From: Myxococcota bacterium
Lineage (GTDB): Bacteria > Myxococcota_A > UBA796 > UBA2385
Assembly (NCBI GenBank): GCA_044344255.1
Contig: JBIJDH010000017.1
Span: 32,001 to 96,000, forward strand
DNA: 64,000 nucleotides
Direction of reading: 5' to 3'
Shown piece after piece: positions 48,301 through 58,192 of this stretch. A program made the translations under genes and the position numbers. Under the pieces are notes generated by a model. It searched no databases. It saw only the letters and a list, made by a program, of their open reading frames with translations, and was not told the origin of the DNA. How positions within the stretch are numbered: position 1 is the stretch's first letter; the number at the start of each line of letters is the position of its first letter.

Positions 48301-49911
48301 CTCGCCGGCCCCGGAGCCCTGGGTCCAGCGCCCCTCAAAGCCGAGGTCAGCCTTCGTGACCTCGACCTGGTCGCCGTGCACCCCCTCGACGTCGAGGCGG
48401 ACGGCGCCGCTGACCCCGCGCGCGTCATAGCGGGCCTGGAGGGGGCCGGAGAGGCGGTCGACCCGGTAGCCGGAGTGGCCAACCCCTGCGCCGCTGAGCC
48501 GGCCCTCCACCTCCACCACCGGCGCCGATGCCCAGTCCGCCCCCACCAGCCCGGAGAAGTGGGCGCGCCCCTCCGCCCCGGTGAGGCCATAGGCCGACAG
48601 GGCGCCGAGGCGGGGGACATCAACGGCGGCCTGCACCGACGCCCGGCTGCGCTGGAGGTCGATGTCACCGCTGGCCTCCAGGTGGCCGAGGGGGTGCTCC
48701 GCTGCGATCCGCCGCACCTTGACCTGACCGGCCGCGAGCTCGGCCTCCACCTGGAGCCCCCGCAGCGCCTCCCCCGCGAAGCGCTGCTCACCGCCCTCCA
48801 CCGCCACCCGCGCGGTGATGCCCCCGGGCCAGTCGGTGCCCTCTCCCTCCACCGCGTATCGACCGGCGAGGTGGATGAGGGCGGGGCTCATCGGGCTCAG
48901 GCGCTCGACGTCGAGGCCCGGGCTGTCGAGCGCGAAGCGCCAGGCGAGGGGGCTCGCGGTGGTGTCGAGCCAGCCCTCGAGGTGAGCGCGGCCCGCCGCG
49001 TCGTCGAGGTCGAGCGCGAGCGACAGATCGGAGAGGCGGCCGCTCACCGTCCCGGTCGCGGCGAGATCGTGGTCGAGCACGGTCTCCCCGGCGAGGCGGT
49101 TGACGTCGGCTGCGGAGACCCGGTCGAAGCGGGCGCGGAGGTCGAGGGCGAGCTCGCGCTCCACCCCCGCTACCGAGCCCGAGAGCGAGGCGCGGGTCTC
49201 GTCTGCGGCGAGATCGAGGCGGCGGACCGTGAGGTCGCCCCCCTCATAGAGCAGATCGCCGTCGATGGAGAGGTCAAGGGCCTCCGGCGCCGCCATCGCA
49301 CCCTCCACGCGCAGCCGGGGCAGGTCGATCCGGGTCCCCTCCACCTCCCCGTTGGCCGCGAGCGCGAGGCCCAGCAGGTCAACCCGACTGCCATCCGCCT
49401 CGACGATGTGCAGCGCCCCGCCCTGCAGACGCAGCTCATCGACGAGGACGTGGAGCGGCAGGCCCGCCCAGGGGCCGGCGGCGGGATCGGGGGGCGTGGC
49501 GGGGCCGAAGAGGGCCACGAGATCGTAGCGCCCGTCGGCGCCAGCGCGCAGGTTCACGGTGGGCCGATCGACAAACAGCCCGGTGACCCGGACTCGCCGC
49601 TCGAGGAGGCCGTCGAGGTCCCAGCCGAGCTCGACGGCCTCGATGGTGACCAGCTCCTCTCCGCTGGCGCCGCGCAGGCGCAGGCCCCGGAGGGTGAGGC
49701 CGTGCAGGAGGTCGGTCTCGAGGCCCTGGAGCTCCACCACCCCGTCCGGCACGAGGATGGCAGCCTGCTTCAGAGCCTGCTGGCGGATGAACTCGTTCCC
49801 ACGCTCGGTACGGAGCCAGGCCACGAAGGCGACCCCACCGAGCAGGCCGGCGAGCCCCAAGCCCAGACCGCCGAGCCCGAGGCCCAGGAGCCAGCGGCGG
49901 GCCCGAGTCAA
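45334..49911 (-). CDS. tamB: Translocation and assembly module TamB
   Basis: N-terminal TM anchor, long beta-rich AsmA-like body, C-terminal DUF490-like LEQADILSILILG...YWRWRF; coupled to an Omp85 gene. Confidence 0.82.
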   Translation of the reverse strand: MTRARRWLLGLGLGGLGLGLAGLLGGVAFVAWLRTERGNEFIRQQALKQAAILVPDGVVELQGLETDLLHGLTLRGLRLRGASGEELVTIEAVELGWDLDGLLERRVRVTGLFVDRPTVNLRAGADGRYDLVALFGPATPPDPAAGPWAGLPLHVLVDELRLQGGALHIVEADGSRVDLLGLALAANGEVEGTRIDLPRLRVEGAMAAPEALDLSIDGDLLYEGGDLTVRRLDLAADETRASLSGSVAGVERELALDLRARFDRVSAADVNRLAGETVLDHDLAATGTVSGRLSDLSLALDLDDAAGRAHLEGWLDTTASPLAWRFALDSPGLDVERLSPMSPALIHLAGRYAVEGEGTDWPGGITARVAVEGGEQRFAGEALRGLQVEAELAAGQVKVRRIAAEHPLGHLEASGDIDLQRSRASVQAAVDVPRLGALSAYGLTGAEGRAHFSGLVGADWASAPVVEVEGRLSGAGVGHSGYRVDRLSGPLQARYDARGVSGAVRLDVEGVHGDQVEVTKADLGFEGRWTQGSGAGEGQLSLRADGLRLGGGVVEVESVEGVVAANLDPQGALRVDSEPIWVRGITYTPTGYRVDGGPVIASVHGDQIAVEADLQRLGLPVLQGAVTGDLGSGAWQVDGLVLGLDPAQPMRSPGPGRFRLADGGVQDIEIGLAGPLGALSVQGSLFPRGRPGTDLHLVVDELDLGLVAGLAPFFIAPPKEGEAGPIDGLDGLTHIDATLLADAAGAWSLQASGALVGLRYPEVAEGIDVAVEIEGPVESPTLGIRVSAEEGLLFVGEGRLPLDLEAPGLACGEAVDLRLLLAPGELGRLHRHLLVLPELEGEASAELHLTGPACDPDVELVSAARLPFDDGRDRVRVDARVNRRGGDLHLDASVEQRWNRRFALTGEAETRLGQVFAWALAGAPEPPLDAPSTWLSSLDLRMSTVNEGIAVEELARWLDLPSGLSGHLAGGVVVQGSAESPVLEGGFMLLDGSVGTVPIDLGVLGVSPVPGGYELDLRLGFKKQGDISVSGHVPFDLRPDLSTEAMLATPGLALELHGGGLPLRLLEGLVPGVSDTQGRLKVAGNLRGSLQKPTPTLKLELRDGALSYAPLGTRYQDIDLDLSLAGERLLLHRLFIQDGPMYGGALGAGKGSLEGSGDLTFDELDPKRLQVNLELDDFWLTHTDDMKIQVDSKLVISGDLPELRLRGDVDLVQGKVILGEDLFLADQTLGVDPALRIHRVKGGEEVGDRAPAPTDSLTGIDVEIKVDLQQSLHFNVTVPLQGGQLAKVSTVSAEVDLDSPEPLDVWLRDGNFGLNGTVEVRRGDMNILNRAFEVGGGSMSFVGDDMDEATFDFSAVRHTGEYGDISAQVKGYLGDLTSAGMQGSSGDAEPILSFTSDQGLEQADILSILILGKPLSDLTENESQVGLTTLFSLAGNQLSRVVGSSLRGGQFEFDEGTFKAGWPVPGADRLFLGAEWRASAETTSTTEENRFSVNLQWLITRRLYAEMVTGDAGVSDASLYWRWRF

Positions 49912-52148
49912 AAGGCCTCCGAGACAGAGAAGTGCACGCCGTACCGGGGCTCGAGGCTGAACATCGGCTCGTCGTCGAGGCGACGGGCGAGGTCGAGGCG
50001 CACCGGGCCGATCGGGCTCTTGTATCGGAGGCCCGCCCCCACGGAGGGGAGGAGCACGGGGGGCCAGGCGGCGGCGAGGTCTTCCCAGGCCATGCCCGCG
50101 TCGACGAAGAGGGCCCCCCCGAAGCCGCCCGCCCCGTAGAGCCGGAGCTCCGCGCTCGTGAAGAGCGAGGCGAGGCCGCCGATCGGCTGGATCTCCTCGG
50201 TGGGCTGCTCGGAGCCGAGGCGGCCGGGCGGGCAGGACTCGAGCGTGTAGGGCGATCCCTCCGGCAGGCCCACCTCTTCGAGGGCCGTGAGGTCGCAGAT
50301 GTAGGGCCCGAGGTGATCCTGGCGCCAGCCGCGCACGGTGGTCGAGCCGCCGAGGCGGAGGCGCTCTGCCACCGGCGCCGCCGCCGAGGCTCCTTCGCCG
50401 TAGGGCCGGAGCAGGCCGCCCCCGAGGCGGAAGGCGAGCGCGCCGCGGGAGGCGTTGAGCAGCCGGTTCAGGCCGGGGATTCGCACGAGGCTGAAGTAGA
50501 CCCGTTGATCGGCCCGAAAGCGAACGTAGTCGTAGAAGCCGCCGAAGGGCCCGCCGGCCTCGGAGACGTCGTAGATGCCGTAGAGGCCCGAGCGCGGCGA
50601 GAGGATGTCGTCGCGGGTGTCGTACTGGACGGACTGTGTCAGGTACGACAGGAGGTATGGGTCTCGAAAGTTAAGGTCAAAACGGCGGAGCGCCTTGCTC
50701 GGATCGATCGTGAGGTCGATGTAATCAAAGTAGACGAGGTGGTACGAAGAGCCCACCGTCCAGTGTTCGCCCAGGCGGCCGCTCAAGCCAGGCGACCAGG
50801 CGGGCGTGGAGAAGCGGTAGCCCTCCTCGACGCCGAGCTCATAGGAGACGGTGTTCGAGACCTGCCAACGCTTCCAGGGGATCCGCGGCACCACGAGCTC
50901 GACGCTGCTCATCACGGTGGGGCCGTGGGTGCTCGACGCGGCGTCCGCGGCGGGCTCGCTCGTCGCCACCTCCTCGACCACGCTCGTCAGGTCGGACAGG
51001 GTGGAGAGCGAGGTGTAGCCCACCTCATTCGACAGGTTCAACCGTACGAGGTGGTTGCCGACGTTGGCGTGGTCGAAGTCGACGGAGCCGTGCACGTCGA
51101 GCTTGCCAGGCGCCACCTCGAAGCCTCCGCCGAGGCGGAGCTGGCGAGCGAGGCCCTCGACGAGCACCACGCGCACGGGCACGATCTGGTGCAACACCAC
51201 AGGGCTGCCGTCGGGGCCGGGCTTCTTGGCGAAGACGGGCGTGGCGTTCTCGAGATCGGGGATCACCCGCACCACCGAGAAGACCCCGAGGCCGAAGAGG
51301 CGACGCTGGGTGCGGGCGAGGGCGCTCGTCTGGAAGATCTCCCCCTCAGGGACGTCGAGCTGATCGGTGACCAGCGCGACCGGGAGCCCGATGTCGCCCT
51401 CGACGCGGGCGGGCCCGAAGCGGCAGAAGTCCCCCCGCGTGACCTCGATGTGCACGTAGGCGGCATGCTCCTCGGGGAAGGACTCTACCGAGGCCGAGAC
51501 CTTGGCGAAGGCATACCCTCGGTCTTGGAGGGCCTCGGTGACGAGGGCCACCGTGGCGTTGACCGACTCGAGCTCCAGCCGCTCGCCCTCCTGCACCGGG
51601 ATCTCCCGCTGGAGCAGGCGGAGGAAGGCCGAGCTGCTGCCCTCCTCGGGGACCTCGGCCCCCGACGCGTCGAGCCAGCTGAAGCGGAGGCTGCGCACCA
51701 GGGTGGCCGGGCCGACGTCGAGGTGGCCGATCACCTGCACCGAAGGACGGGAGCTCAGGCCCAGCGCCCGACGCCCGCGCCCGACCCCGACCACCTCCCA
51801 GCCGAGGAAGCGGGCGTCGAGGTAGCCGCGGTGGGCGAGCCAGGTCTCGATGCGCCAGGCGTCTGCTTCGAGCTTGTCCTGGTCGAGGCTCACCTTTCTG
51901 TGACGGGGCCGCACCCAGGCGAAGGCGGGGTTCTGGGTCTGCTCCATCGCGGTGCGAAGGTTCACGTCGCTCGTGTCGGAGAAGAGGCCGCCGTCGCCCT
52001 CGAAGCGGATCGCCTGCACGGCGGGGAGCTGCGAGGGCGCCGGACGCCGGGCCGCGCAGCCGATCACCCACAGCGCGAGCAGCCCGCCGAGGCGGAGGCG
52101 CGACGGGAGGGCGGGCGGCGGCAGGGATGGAGAGGGGCGCGGCGGCAT
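49908..52148 (-). CDS. tamA: Omp85 family outer-membrane assembly factor (TamA/TamL-like)
   Basis: POTRA-like RGYLDA/RGYAFA segments; GGSTTVRGW; FVDAG; GAGLRYKSPIGPVRLDLA; C-terminal EAF. Confidence 0.85.
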   Translation of the reverse strand: MPPRPSPSLPPPALPSRLRLGGLLALWVIGCAARRPAPSQLPAVQAIRFEGDGGLFSDTSDVNLRTAMEQTQNPAFAWVRPRHRKVSLDQDKLEADAWRIETWLAHRGYLDARFLGWEVVGVGRGRRALGLSSRPSVQVIGHLDVGPATLVRSLRFSWLDASGAEVPEEGSSSAFLRLLQREIPVQEGERLELESVNATVALVTEALQDRGYAFAKVSASVESFPEEHAAYVHIEVTRGDFCRFGPARVEGDIGLPVALVTDQLDVPEGEIFQTSALARTQRRLFGLGVFSVVRVIPDLENATPVFAKKPGPDGSPVVLHQIVPVRVVLVEGLARQLRLGGGFEVAPGKLDVHGSVDFDHANVGNHLVRLNLSNEVGYTSLSTLSDLTSVVEEVATSEPAADAASSTHGPTVMSSVELVVPRIPWKRWQVSNTVSYELGVEEGYRFSTPAWSPGLSGRLGEHWTVGSSYHLVYFDYIDLTIDPSKALRRFDLNFRDPYLLSYLTQSVQYDTRDDILSPRSGLYGIYDVSEAGGPFGGFYDYVRFRADQRVYFSLVRIPGLNRLLNASRGALAFRLGGGLLRPYGEGASAAAPVAERLRLGGSTTVRGWRQDHLGPYICDLTALEEVGLPEGSPYTLESCPPGRLGSEQPTEEIQPIGGLASLFTSAELRLYGAGGFGGALFVDAGMAWEDLAAAWPPVLLPSVGAGLRYKSPIGPVRLDLARRLDDEPMFSLEPRYGVHFSVSEAF

Positions 52149-52214
52149 TCGGTGCGAGCATGTATCGCCGATCTCACGCGGCGCCCTTGCCTCGACGTGT
52201 TCGGCTGCGGCGGC

Positions 52215-53711
52215 TCAGGGTGCCCCGCCGAAGGTCCAGGTGGTCGCGAGGCCCAGGCGGTGCTCGATCGGCAGGGTCGCGTCCATCGGCATCTCCATCT
52301 CGTAGGCGAGGCCGGGGAGCACGTCGCCGCCCGCGTCGACGGGGAGCGAGAGGCCGAGGCCGAGATCGAGCAGCAGCCAAGCGTCGGCGTCGGTGGTCTC
52401 GGCCTGGGGGTCAAAGTAGCCCCAGCGCCCTGAGAGGACGAGCGCGCCCATCGAGGCGGCCGGCAGCGGCAAGCGCGCCTCCGCCGCCGCCTGGCCGCCG
52501 ATGAAGGCGACCGCCGCGCCCTCGACCCCTGCGGCGCCGTACTGGATGAGCGGCCCGTAGCCGGGGGCCGCGTTGCCCCCGAGGTACTCGCCCAGCACCC
52601 TCACCTGCTCGCCCTCCCACTCCACCGCCGCCGACACGCCCACGGTGGGGGCCCGGTCGAGGGGCTGCGGGGCGAGCTCCCCGGAGGCCACGAGCTTGAG
52701 CTTCGTGCCATAGACGAGGCGGGCCGACGCCGCGAGGGGGAAGGCGCCCGTGTCGAGCACCGGCCCGGCCTGCCCGTTGCCGAGGAGGACCGTCAGCGCG
52801 AGGCCCTTCCCCACCGCGCTCGCCGAGAGGCCGAGCTCCCGGTGAGGGGCCAACCCGGCCAGCTCCGCCACCGACTGACCGCGCACCGCGAGGGGCAGGT
52901 AGGCCCCGTCGGAGACGCTCGCGAAGTGGCCGACCAGGCCGAAGACCGGGTCCTGTACACCGAGGCGGAGCGAGGCCCCCGCCTCCCCCATCGAGCCGGG
53001 CTCGCCGTGGAGGTCGATCCAGGCGTCGTGGAAGAGGGCCGCCTCTCCCGGATCGAGCTCAGGGCTCCGGCCGTCGGGCGCGCTGAGATCAACCCCGGGG
53101 GCCGCGCTCAGCCGGAGCCGGGCGCGGGCGTGGTCGCCGAGCCGAGCCTCCCCGCCGAAGAGGGCGCGCGGCAGGCGGAAGGAGAGCCCTGGCGAGCTGT
53201 CTCCTTCGTGTTCGAGGTCGAAGACGAGGTCGGCCTGCAGCTCGGCCTGGACCGCGACACGCCCGAGGGGCGCCGGCTGGGCCAAGGCGGGCGGCGGGGC
53301 GGCGGCGGGCAGAGGGGCGGTGACGGGCAGCGGGGCGGCGGCGGGCGGCGGGGCGGCGGCGGGCGGCGGGGCGGCGGGCGGCGGCGGGTCCTGCGCGCCG
53401 CCTTCGCCAATCCAACCGCCGGCCCTGCGGATCACGCCCTCGGCCCAGTAGACGTCTGTCTTGGCCCCTCCCTCGTGTACGACGGTCCAGCGGCCGGTGG
53501 GGTCCGTCGCGACCGCCTCCCGCACGGCCGGTCGGCCCCCCACCGCGCCGTCCACGACGAAGACCCCGTCGGGCTTCACGAGCAGCTCATGCTCCGCGGC
53601 CCAGGCCCGGCCCGGGAGGCCCGCGACCCCGAGGGCGAGGGCCAGCGCGAGGGGCACGTTGAGCAGGGGGGCACGTCTCATGCGGATTCCTTCGGCCTGG
53701 AGCGGGGCCAC
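52215..53711 (-). CDS. Hypothetical secreted/outer-membrane protein (porin-like C-terminal domain after a Pro/Ala linker)
   Basis: Signal peptide (RAWA), PPPAAA linker, amphipathic beta-strands; start may be at 53681. Confidence 0.6.
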   Translation of the reverse strand: MAPLQAEGIRMRRAPLLNVPLALALALGVAGLPGRAWAAEHELLVKPDGVFVVDGAVGGRPAVREAVATDPTGRWTVVHEGGAKTDVYWAEGVIRRAGGWIGEGGAQDPPPPAAPPPAAAPPPAAAPLPVTAPLPAAAPPPALAQPAPLGRVAVQAELQADLVFDLEHEGDSSPGLSFRLPRALFGGEARLGDHARARLRLSAAPGVDLSAPDGRSPELDPGEAALFHDAWIDLHGEPGSMGEAGASLRLGVQDPVFGLVGHFASVSDGAYLPLAVRGQSVAELAGLAPHRELGLSASAVGKGLALTVLLGNGQAGPVLDTGAFPLAASARLVYGTKLKLVASGELAPQPLDRAPTVGVSAAVEWEGEQVRVLGEYLGGNAAPGYGPLIQYGAAGVEGAAVAFIGGQAAAEARLPLPAASMGALVLSGRWGYFDPQAETTDADAWLLLDLGLGLSLPVDAGGDVLPGLAYEMEMPMDATLPIEHRLGLATTWTFGGAP

Positions 53712-53729
53712 ACGTTAGCCACCCGAGCC

Positions 53730-55886
53730 GTGACCATCAATGACGACCACTCGCCTGCCCTCGAGCCCCGCGTCTACCGCGGGCTCACCCTCGATCCCTT
53801 TCAAGCGCAGGCCATCGGCGCGCTGGAGGCCGGGCACAGCGTGCTCGTCTGCGCCCCCACCGGGACGGGCAAGACCGTCGTCGCCGACTGGATGGTGGAG
53901 AAGGTGCTCGCGCGCGGGCAGCAGGTGGTCTACACCGCGCCGATCAAGGCCCTGTCCAACCAGAAGTTCCGCGACTACTGCCGCATCTTCGGGGAAGACC
54001 GCGTCGGCCTCGTGACGGGTGACCTCGTCATTCGCCGAGACGCCCCCTGCCGGGTGATGACGACCGAGATCCTGCGCAACATGCTGCTCGTCGGGGATGA
54101 CCTCCCTGCGCTCGGCGCCGTCATCATCGACGAGATCCACTTCCTCGACGACCGCGAGCGCGGCACGACCTGGGAGGAGGTCCTCATCTACCTCCCGAAG
54201 AGCGTGCAGGTGGTGGGCCTCTCCGCCACGCTCAGCAACCTGCACGACTTCGCCGACTGGCTCGAGCACGTGCGCGGCAGCCGAGTCGAGGTGGTCGAGG
54301 AGTACCGCCGCGCCGTCCCCCTCGGCTTCCGGGTGGCCACCGCCGAGGGCGGCCTCCGCACCCCCGAGGACATGAGCCGCTTCTACAAGAGCTGGGTGCG
54401 AAAGAACGCCCACGCCTTGAAGAAGGCTGAGGTTGAGAACAAGGGCCGGCGCCGCGGCCGCGGCGAGCGCATCCGAGTCGGCCAGATGACCCGGCACAGC
54501 CAGGTCTTCCGCATGCTGTGGCCCGACGACGCGCCCTACATGTACTTCGTGTTCTCGCGCCGCGACGCCGAGGGCATGGCCCGCGCCCTCTCCCAGAAGC
54601 TGCCCGAGAGCTTGCTCACCGAGGCCGAGCACGACCAGGTCGTCGAGCGGCTCACCGCCTTCGCCGCCACCCCCGGCGCCGAGACGGCCCTCGAGCAGTC
54701 GCTCGGCGACATGTACCTCACGGGGGTCGCCTTCCACCACGCCGGCCTCCACGTGATGCTGAAGGCCCTGGTCGAGGAGCTCTACGAGAAGCGGCTGGTC
54801 AAGGTGCTCTACTGCACGAGCACCTTCGCCCTCGGCATCAACATGCCGGCCCGCACCGCGGTCTTTGACGGCCTGATGCGCTTCGACGGGCGGGAGATCA
54901 TCCCGCTCCCCTCCCGCGAGTTCATGCAGATGGCCGGCCGCGCCGGGCGCCGCGGCATGGACGAAGAGGGCCTCGTCGTGGTGCGCACCAACATGGAGGA
55001 GTGGGAGGAGCTCGAGCCGCGCCTCAAGGTCTACCTGCAGGGCAAGGTGGAGCCCGTCCGTAGCCGCTTCTCGCTCTCCTTCAACTCGGTGGTCAACCTC
55101 CTCGAGCGCCACCCCTCCGACCGCATCCGCGCCATCGTCGAGATGAGCTTCCTCGCCTTCCACCGGCGGCGACAGGCCGAGCGCGACCAAAAGCAGGCCG
55201 AAGACCGCCTCGCCGAGCTCCAGGCCGAGCCCCACGGGGAGCGGAGCCCGAAGGAGCGCGAGAAGGAGCTGCGCCGCCTGCGCGACAGCCTGAACCGCGC
55301 CGGCAGCACCGCGGACCGCACCTGGGACGAGCTCCAAGAGAAGGTCGCCTTCCTCAAGAACTACGCCTACATCGCCGAGGACGGGAGCTTCAACGCCGGC
55401 GCCCGCGTCCTGCGCCATATCCAGATCTCGGAGATCTTCGTCACCGAGCTGTTCCTGGACGGCATCCTCGACGAGCTCGACGCCAACACCCTCTTCGGCG
55501 TGCTCTGCGGCATCTGCGCCTCCCTGCCCCGCGGCGCCACGACGAACGCTGGCAAAACCACCCGCAGCCTCGGCAAGCGCATCGACCTCATCCGCTTCAG
55601 CGAGATCGTGGTCGGCGCCGAGGAGCTGACCAAGGTGCAGGTCACCTGGGACGCCGACATGATCGCCTTCGGCTGCTGGTGGGCCGAGGGGCGCAGCCTG
55701 GGCGAGCTGATGATGAACGTCCAGAGCACCACCGACATCTCGGGCGACCTCGTCGGCGCCTTCCGCCGCGCCAAGGACCTCGCCCAGCAGCTCAAGGGCC
55801 CCTGGGCCGAAGACCGCGCCCGCGTCTCGATGCTCGACGGGCTGATCCGCAAGGTGACCCGGGACGAGGTCGAGGTCGTCGATTGA
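53730..55886 (+). CDS. Ski2/HelY-like DEAD/DEAH-box RNA helicase
   Basis: LDPFQ, APTGTGKT, PIKALSNQK, DEIH, SAT, HHAGL, TFALGINMPA, QMAGRAGRRG; C-terminal GDLV..FRR (DSHCT-like); GTG at 53730. Confidence 0.9.
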   Translation: MTINDDHSPALEPRVYRGLTLDPFQAQAIGALEAGHSVLVCAPTGTGKTVVADWMVEKVLARGQQVVYTAPIKALSNQKFRDYCRIFGEDRVGLVTGDLVIRRDAPCRVMTTEILRNMLLVGDDLPALGAVIIDEIHFLDDRERGTTWEEVLIYLPKSVQVVGLSATLSNLHDFADWLEHVRGSRVEVVEEYRRAVPLGFRVATAEGGLRTPEDMSRFYKSWVRKNAHALKKAEVENKGRRRGRGERIRVGQMTRHSQVFRMLWPDDAPYMYFVFSRRDAEGMARALSQKLPESLLTEAEHDQVVERLTAFAATPGAETALEQSLGDMYLTGVAFHHAGLHVMLKALVEELYEKRLVKVLYCTSTFALGINMPARTAVFDGLMRFDGREIIPLPSREFMQMAGRAGRRGMDEEGLVVVRTNMEEWEELEPRLKVYLQGKVEPVRSRFSLSFNSVVNLLERHPSDRIRAIVEMSFLAFHRRRQAERDQKQAEDRLAELQAEPHGERSPKEREKELRRLRDSLNRAGSTADRTWDELQEKVAFLKNYAYIAEDGSFNAGARVLRHIQISEIFVTELFLDGILDELDANTLFGVLCGICASLPRGATTNAGKTTRSLGKRIDLIRFSEIVVGAEELTKVQVTWDADMIAFGCWWAEGRSLGELMMNVQSTTDISGDLVGAFRRAKDLAQQLKGPWAEDRARVSMLDGLIRKVTRDEVEVVD

Positions 55887-56611
55887 CCCCGCTCCTCGAC
55901 AGCGGGCTGCCCCCGGTAGAAGACGGCCCGCTGCCGGTCTTAGCGGAGGGGCCCGGTTGGCTCGTAGTGGACAAACCCTCGCGGGTCATCGTCCACTACA
56001 ACCCGCAGAATCGAAACGGCGAGCGGCCGGCCCTGCAGCGGGTGCGCGACCAGGTCGGCCGGCCGGTCTTCCTGATCCATCGCCTCGATCGCCAGGCCTC
56101 GGGCTGCCTCCTCTTCGCCACTCTCCCGGAGCTGGCGGGGCCGCTGTCGGCCTGCCTGAACGGACCGGATAGCGAGAAGGAGTACCTCGCCTTCGTGCGC
56201 GGGCGCTACAAGCTGCCGAGCCCCCAGGTGATCGAGACGCCGATGAAGGACTCCCGCGGCGTGCTGCGCGAGGCGCGCTCCGTCGTGCGGTGCCTCGGCG
56301 CCAGTGAGGCCCCGCGCTGCAGCCTGCTGCACGTCGCGCCCGAGACCGGGCGCTTCCACCAGGTGCGGCGCCACGTCCGCGACCTCGGGCACCCCATCCT
56401 CGGCGACGGCGAGCACGGCGACTCACGGGTCAACCGCGACTGGCGGGAGGGCTTCGGCCTCAACCGCCTCGGGCTGCACGCCCGCCGCCTCTCAATGCCC
56501 CTGCCCGAAGGGGGCCGCCTCGACGTGAGGGCCCCCCTCCCCGAGGACCTGCGCCACGTGCTGTGTCGCATGCCCTGGTGGGAAGATGTTCGGGAGGCGG
56601 TCGGCGGCTAA
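55883..56611 (+). CDS. RluA/TruC-family pseudouridine synthase
   Basis: VDKPS, HRLDRQASG, TGRFHQVRRH, GHPILGD, LHA; TTG at 55883 overlapping the helicase stop. Confidence 0.88.
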   Translation: MTPLLDSGLPPVEDGPLPVLAEGPGWLVVDKPSRVIVHYNPQNRNGERPALQRVRDQVGRPVFLIHRLDRQASGCLLFATLPELAGPLSACLNGPDSEKEYLAFVRGRYKLPSPQVIETPMKDSRGVLREARSVVRCLGASEAPRCSLLHVAPETGRFHQVRRHVRDLGHPILGDGEHGDSRVNRDWREGFGLNRLGLHARRLSMPLPEGGRLDVRAPLPEDLRHVLCRMPWWEDVREAVGG

Positions 56612-56743
56612 GAAGGGAGCCTACGGCAGAGCAGACTCACGCAGATCTGCACAGCGACGGGCAGCGCCGGCCGACGGAATGAGCAGGTTCGACGTGGGCA
56701 CACGGACGACGCCCGGTGATGTTGGGGGGGTGGAGGAATCACC

Positions 56744-58192
56744 ATGCGCCCCGCCCTGCCCCTCGGCCTCAACCTGCTCCTCACCCTCAGCCTCAGCCTC
56801 AGCCTCGGTGCCACCCTGCTCGCTCACCCGGCCGGCGCCTGTCCCACGATCGCCACCGGCACCACCTCGCAGCTCTCCTTCGACACCGCTCAGGTGGCCA
56901 TTACCCACGTAGACGGTCGGACCACCTTCAGCGTGTCGATCAACCCGCTCGGTGAGCCGCAAGACTTCGCCCTCGTCATGCCGGTCCCCACCCTCCTCCG
57001 CGAGAGTGACATCCGCACGCTCGACAGCGCGATCTTCGCCGAGCTCGACGGCTACACCGCGCCCCGCCACGTCGCAGACGCGGGCTGCGGGTACGTCGGC
57101 TACGTCCCCTGCAATGACGGCTCGATGAGCGGCTCGGACGGCTCAGGTGAGGGTGAGGGTGAGGGTGAGGGTGAGGCCTTCGAGGAGGAGGGCGGCGTCG
57201 ATGTCGAGGCCCACTACCTGATCGGCGGCTACTCCATCTCCATCCTCTCCGCCGAGGAGTCCGGCTCCCTCAGCCTCTGGCTCGACACCAACGGCTACCA
57301 CCTCCCCGAGGGCGCGGAGGAGCGGCTGGCCGAGTACATCGAGGCCGGCAGCTACTTCATGGTCGCCAAGGTCGACGACAGCGCCGCCACGGCCGACGGT
57401 AGCCCCCTCTCTCCCCTCCAGGTGGCCTACGACGCCGACATCTACGCCATCCCCATCCGCCTGGCCGCGCTGAGCGCGATCGAAGACCAGGACATGGTGA
57501 TCTACGCCTTGAGCGACGCGGAGCAAGGGCAGGTCGGCATCGCCACCTATGAACAGATCGAGGTCCCCGAGGTCTGCCTGTGGGGGGGTGACGGTGAGCG
57601 CGACTTCGCGGCCTACTACGACGACCTCTTCGAGCAGCAACACGCCGCCGTCGGGGGCGCCGCCTGGGCGGTCGAATTCTCCGACCTCGCGGGGAACTGC
57701 AGCCCCTGCACCGCCTACAACCCCTTCTTTGACCGCAAGGTGATGAAAGAGCTCGGCTTCTCGGATCACGCCGACGACGGCGGGCAGGAGTGGCCCTGGA
57801 TCACCCGCATCCACATGCGCTACTCCCGAGAGACCGCCGACGTCGACCTCATGCTCTACAATTCCGGCATCCAGTCGGCAGACGCGCTCACCTACGCCGA
57901 CGACGTCCTCTGGAACCGCGCCTGCGTCGACCACTACTGCGACGGCACACCCGCGGAGGCGCCCCCGGCCACCGTCTACGAGGACTGTGGCGAGGAGGGA
58001 GGCGGGAGTGAGGCGACCGACACCGACGCCGACGGCGTGCTCGGGGGCGGGGGCCGCGGCTGCTCCACCGGGAGCGCCAGCGATGAACGGACCAGCAGGC
58101 TCGGCCTCGGGCTGGTCCTCTCCGGCCTCGCCTACATCGTCACGGTGTCGGCCACGTCCTTGAAGGCGGCGATGCGGTCGAAGCTCATGTAG
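56744..58192 (+). CDS. DUF2330-like secreted protein
   Basis: Signal peptide (PAGAC), [26 protein letters not shown]-terminal GC plus hydrophobic segment; GGAGG RBS. Confidence 0.7.
   Translation: MRPALPLGLNLLLTLSLSLSLGATLLAHPAGACPTIATGTTSQLSFDTAQVAITHVDGRTTFSVSINPLGEPQDFALVMPVPTLLRESDIRTLDSAIFAELDGYTAPRHVADAGCGYVGYVPCNDGSMSGSDGSGEGEGEGEGEAFEEEGGVDVEAHYLIGGYSISILSAEESGSLSLWLDTNGYHLPEGAEERLAEYIEAGSYFMVAKVDDSAATADGSPLSPLQVAYDADIYAIPIRLAALSAIEDQDMVIYALSDAEQGQVGIATYEQIEVPEVCLWGGDGERDFAAYYDDLFEQQHAAVGGAAWAVEFSDLAGNCSPCTAYNPFFDRKVMKELGFSDHADDGGQEWPWITRIHMRYSRETADVDLMLYNSGIQSADALTYADDVLWNRACVDHYCDGTPAEAPPATVYEDCGEEGGGSEATDTDADGVLGGGGRGCSTGSASDERTSRLGLGLVLSGLAYIVTVSATSLKAAMRSKLM

Noticed and set aside
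52842..53729. N-terminal 296 aa of the 1014-aa helicase ORF
   Set aside because: Antisense to the 52215-53711 gene; helicase motifs begin only after GTG at 53730
57146..57175. Short coding microsatellites (GAGGGT here; TCGGGC near 5422-5450; CTCAGC near 56786-56806; 12-bp unit near 2654-2686)
   Set aside because: In-frame linker or signal-peptide expansions that cannot cause phase-variable frameshifts
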